DNA from: an uncultured Phycisphaerales bacterium | GTDB taxonomy: Bacteria > Planctomycetota > Phycisphaerae > Tepidisphaerales > Tepidisphaeraceae | Assembly (NCBI GenBank): GCA_963755915.1 | Contig: CAVWLP010000002.1 | Location: 896,001-960,000, forward strand | Direction of reading: 5' to 3' | DNA length: 64,000 bases | In this document: in pieces, positions 59,954-64,000 of the stretch | Layout: each line of letters begins with the position of its first letter | Numbering within the stretch: position 1 is the first letter of the stretch | The notes under the pieces: generated by a model | Told to the model about the DNA's origin: nothing | The model's database searches: none | What the model saw: only the letters and a program-made list of their open reading frames with translations | Translations under genes and position numbers: made by a program

Positions 59954-61477
59954 ATGCAGTTAACGCAATCAGCTTCGATGCGGACGGAGATGCGGCAGCT
60001 TCTCACGCCGCGGATGATCCAGAGCATGGAAATCCTCCAGTTGCCACTGATGGCGCTGGAGGAACGGATCGAGCAGGAGCTGGAAAACAACCCGGTTTTG
60101 GAGATTCGTGAGCCGGAGAATGAGCCGGGAACATCCAACGGCGAAGGTCAGCCCGAGGAGCATGGCCGCGGCGAGGACATGTCGGAGGACGAGCGGGCGC
60201 TGGTCGTTAAAGAGAATTCCGGGCAGTCGGAAGATTTCGATCGGCTGACGAAGCTGAGCGATTACCTGGAGAACGAGGAGTTCGGCACCAACGCCGGAAA
60301 TTTCCGCCAGGCTGCCACCTACGACGGGGAGCGCGACAAAAAACAGGACGCGATGAACAACACCGCGGCGCGCGGGATCACGCTGACGGAACACCTGATG
60401 GACCAGTGGGCCTTTGTGGAGGCCCCGCCGGCGATTAAGAAGGCGGGGGAAATCCTCATCAACAACATCGATGAGGAGGGGTATTTCCGGGTGAAGTTTG
60501 AGGACGTGCAGAAGGAATCAAAAACGCCGGTCACGATCCCCGATTTGCAGGAAGCACTGCTGCTGATCCAGACCCTGGAGCCGACGGGCGTGGGAGCGAG
60601 GAGTTTGCAGGAATGCCTCGCGCTTCAGCTCGATGCGCTGGAGGATGACGAGGAGCTTGCCGAGGGGCACGATTTGGAGCTGGAGCGCACGCTGGTGACG
60701 GATCATCTGAACGACCTGATGATGAACCGTTATCCGCAGATCAGCCGCAAGCTCGGCAAACCTATCGATGAGATTCAGCGGGCGGTGAAGCATCTGGCCA
60801 GGCTCAACCCCCATCCGGGAAAACTGATCGGCGACAACAGCGCGCCGCAGATTACGCCGGACGCGATCATTTATTACGATGAGGACGCCGACAAATACGA
60901 AATCGAGATGACCAACGATCCGGCGCCGAACCTGTACATCAGCGGGATGTACCGCAAGATGCTGAAGGACCGGTCGCAGGACAAGAAGACACGGGAATTT
61001 CTGTCGAATAATGTCCGCAACGCCCGCTGGCTGATCGAAAGCATTGAGCAGCGGCGGAGCACGATCATGCGGGTGATCCGCGCGGTGGTGGACGCCCAGC
61101 GTGATTTCTTCGACAAGGGCCCGGAGTTTCTCAAGCCGCTGCCGATGATCCACGTGGCCGACCAGCTTGGGATTCACGTGGCGACGGTGTCGCGTGCGGT
61201 GTCGGAGAAATGGATCCAGACGCCCCGCGGGGTCTTCCCGCTGCGGAGATTCTTCTCCGGCGGCACCACCAGCGCCGAAGGCGAGGACATGAGCTGGGAC
61301 GCGGTTAAGGAGAAATTAAAGACCATCGTCGGCGATGAAGACCCGAAAAACCCGCTGAATGACGATGAGATCGTGGACAAGCTGAAAGTTCAGGGAATCG
61401 ATCTGGCGCGGCGCACGGTGGCGAAGTATCGGAAGATATTGAACATTCCGACGGCGCGGCAGCGGCGGACTTTTTAG
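59954..61477 (+). CDS. rpoN: RNA polymerase sigma-54 factor
   Basis: QSMEILQLP..ENNPVLE; EPTGVGARSLQECL; RpoN box ARRTVAKYR. Confidence 0.96.
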   Translation: MQLTQSASMRTEMRQLLTPRMIQSMEILQLPLMALEERIEQELENNPVLEIREPENEPGTSNGEGQPEEHGRGEDMSEDERALVVKENSGQSEDFDRLTKLSDYLENEEFGTNAGNFRQAATYDGERDKKQDAMNNTAARGITLTEHLMDQWAFVEAPPAIKKAGEILINNIDEEGYFRVKFEDVQKESKTPVTIPDLQEALLLIQTLEPTGVGARSLQECLALQLDALEDDEELAEGHDLELERTLVTDHLNDLMMNRYPQISRKLGKPIDEIQRAVKHLARLNPHPGKLIGDNSAPQITPDAIIYYDEDADKYEIEMTNDPAPNLYISGMYRKMLKDRSQDKKTREFLSNNVRNARWLIESIEQRRSTIMRVIRAVVDAQRDFFDKGPEFLKPLPMIHVADQLGIHVATVSRAVSEKWIQTPRGVFPLRRFFSGGTTSAEGEDMSWDAVKEKLKTIVGDEDPKNPLNDDEIVDKLKVQGIDLARRTVAKYRKILNIPTARQRRTF

Positions 61478-62502
61478 AGCATTTCCCAAATTAAGATAGC
61501 GGAAGGCGATATCTGCAGTGCTCAAAGAATCCCTCGGCGTCGCCGGCCGTGATTGCATCCATCGCCTTGAACACCGCCTCCACCAACGCTTCGAATGTTC
61601 TGGGCTCGGCGCCGCGGATCAACTGCTTCACCTTGCTCCACATCATCTCGATCGGATTCCAATCCGGAGAATAAGGCGGCAGCAGCCGTAATTCACAGCC
61701 CGCCGCTTCGATCATCGCCCGCACCGCCGGCCGCTTGTGAGCCGGCAGATTGTCCATCACCACGATGTCGCCGGGCCGCAGTCCTGGAAGCAGCGCCTCA
61801 CGCACCCACACGACGAAAACGTCGCCGTCCATCGGTCCTTTCACCACCGCGCCGGCGATGGCGCCGCCGACTCGCACCGCGGCGATCATGGTGGTCGTGC
61901 TCCAGTGTCCGGCCGGGACCCTGCACACCAATCGTTCACCCCGGGCGCAGCGGCCACGCAGGCGGGTGAAGTTGGTTTTGGCCCCGGATTCATCCAGAAA
62001 AACCAGGCGATTGGGATCGACCTGCTTTACGTTTTGTTCCCATTGCGCACGCGCCTCGGCGACGTCGGGCCGCTCCTGCTCGGCGGCGTGGAGGGACTTT
62101 TTTTAAAGGACAAATCCAGCTTCCCGACCCAACGGTCCACCGTGGAGAGCGCCACGTCCAGTTGCAATTGCTCCTTGATTTCAGCGAGCGTGGCGTCGGG
62201 ATGATCCGCCACGAATTGCCCGAGCTGCGTTTTGATCTGGTCGGTGAGTTTTCCTTTGCGGCCGCGAAGGTGGAGCAGCGGGTCCGCGGTTCCGCGCTCG
62301 CGATGATTCTGCCGCACGCGGCGAACGGCTGATTCGCACCGGCCGAAGATGGCGGCGATTTCCTTGGTGCCCTTGCCGGCTTGATAGGCCGAGATGATCC
62401 ATCGACGGGTGAGGGTGATCTGGGAAGCCATGAAAACCTCCTTGTTGTTTCGGAGGTTAGCACAGGTCGATGCCTGGCGCTAGTTTAGAAAAGGAAATGC
62501 TC
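61477..62502 (-). mobile_element. IS630-family insertion sequence
   Basis: Inverted ends GAGCATTTCC/GGAAATGCTC flanked by duplicated TA; encodes HTH and DDE ORFs. Confidence 0.92.
61491..62431 (-). CDS. IS630 transposase, split ORFs with an A7 slippery site at 62098..62104
   Basis: HPDATLAE HTH region; VMDNLPAH, LPPYSPDWNPIE. Confidence 0.88.
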
Positions 62503-62619
62503 TAGTTTGGAGTGAGTGAGTCGGGGGTTGCCATCCGAATTGTTTTTCTTGCCGGAGACATTGGTACAAAAGGTAACCTCGACAGGCTGGCGGGGGCTTT
62601 TGGATAAAGGCCTTGCGCG

Positions 62620-64000
62620 TTATGCGTGGGCGGGCATGTTGCCGAACGTTGGCGGGGCTTTTACATCCACAGTAACCCTCGGCGTCTGCCGCAATTCCGA
62701 TTCGGCTTGGACGCGAACTTCGTCCATCTTGGGATATCTCACTTCGCGGTATCCGGTGACGCGCTCGGGGCAGCGGAGGATTCGCACCGCTTTCTCGTAC
62801 GCTTCGTCGCTGGCCAGGCTCACGCGATCCAGCAGGCTGAAATACCAGTCGCGGAAGGCGACTTCGCGTTTGTGCCAGCCGGGGAGCTTGCGCCACCATT
62901 TCATGTGGCGTGACGATGCGTAGCTGCCAGTCGGTGGTCGTCAGGCGCAGGCGGATGCGCCATTTGCCGATGTTGAATTCGGGGCTGGTGTGGTGGCGAT
63001 ATTTGAGACGGTCGCCGTTGGGGACGTCGACGTTGTACTTGACGATGTCGCGCTGCTTTTTCTCGTAGCGGGTCAGGAGATAAGAGACGTACGGCTCATC
63101 CTTGATGAGCATCACCTTGGCCAGGTTCCAGATGACGGCCTGCGTGGCGGCGAAATTCGCGTTCGGCGCGGTCGCGGCGATAGATCTTCCGGACCGCTTC
63201 CACGATATCGCTTGGCGAAGGCGAGGTTCTGGTATTGCATCAGGTCGTAGATGCGCAGGGCCAGATCATACTTGCCGGCTTCGGGCAGATCGGGCATCTG
63301 CTTGATCGCGGGGTTGACCGAGCTGCTCCAGTTGTTCGGCGAGGATCTGCCCGCGGAAACGCGTCTTGCGGAGGATGCGGACCTTGTTGGTGAGAAGCTG
63401 CTCCCAGGTTTCCGGCTCGGGCTTGCGCGGCAAGGCGCGCGGCTCCAGGGCCAGCTTGCGGCCGATGTTGAACGCCTTGAGGTTCCGGCGATGCTCGCGG
63501 CGGATGGTGTCCTTGATCGCCCAGGCGATGCTGCGGGCCGATACCGGAATCAGCCCAAGCTGATACGCCACGCCCAGCATCATGATGTTGGCGAACTGCT
63601 TGCTTCCCAGCCGCTGCTCGCAGATTTCGGAAAGGTTGGCGGCGAAGCTGCGGTCGGGGTTGCACTGCTCGAAGATCTGCTCGCGAAGCGCTTCGGGATC
63701 GAAATCCTCGCTTGCCCAGGAGCGTGTTGACCGTCGGCTGCTTGTGCGTGATTCAGCACGGCGGCCGTGTGCTGGGGCGAGGCGACGCGGAACTGCTCGC
63801 GCGGATCGATGGCGCGCGCGGCTTCGAGAATGTCGATGCCCAGCAGCAGATCGGCTTTGCCGTAGGGGATGGAGCCGGTGATGGGGAAAGAATCGGCGGA
63901 CGATTTCTCAGTGCTTGAGGGTTGACGAAGGTGATCTGCGAAAAGACGCCGCCGTTGCGGATGGCCAGGCCTTTTTTGTCCTGGAAGACGACGTGGTATC
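62620..64000 (-). CDS. C-terminal part of an indolepyruvate:ferredoxin oxidoreductase-family protein (multiple frameshifts; 5' end outside the window)
   Basis: Fragments NIMMLGVAYQLGLIPVS, NLKAFNIGR, KDEPYV, PERVTGYREVR. Confidence 0.7.

Noticed and set aside
1-64000. tRNA, rRNA, riboswitch (including TPP near thiS/thiG), integrase or reverse transcriptase
   Set aside because: None recognised by eye; tRNAscan-SE and Infernal would be needed to exclude them.

Overview
GC-rich bacterial chromosome segment, most likely Planctomycetota (Phycisphaerae/Tepidisphaera-like), inferred from PEP-CTERM proteins, an LEPRxLL protein, a DUF4159 protein and an extended ECF sigma factor. Many genes carry single-base frameshifts that look like long-read assembly errors. 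Core genes: melA, two ABC exporter halves, a PduO-type adenosyltransferase, plsY, thiS, thiG, rsmG, serA, tkt, a DinG-family helicase, dnaN, dciA, asnB, rpoN and a partial IOR-family oxidoreductase. A likely oriC (DnaA boxes plus DnaA-trios) lies upstream of dnaN with no adjacent dnaA. Accessory DNA includes an IS21 inside an ankyrin gene, an IS630 in the rpoN stop codon, two toxin-antitoxin cassettes, a solo OLD-like nuclease and a large secreted protein locus. Most notable: (1) a three-gene island built on a GHKL/MORC-like ATPase with Ig-like domains, inserted between thiS and thiG; (2) an in-frame CsrA-deaminase fusion; (3) a 24-nt hairpin micro-element with an empty/filled site pair, compensatory base changes and in-frame insertions in IS21 genes; (4) two integrase-less single-gene cargoes, each flanked by a duplicated, recoded 3' end of a host gene. 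All calls are by eye; no searches were run and GC statements are visual impressions.
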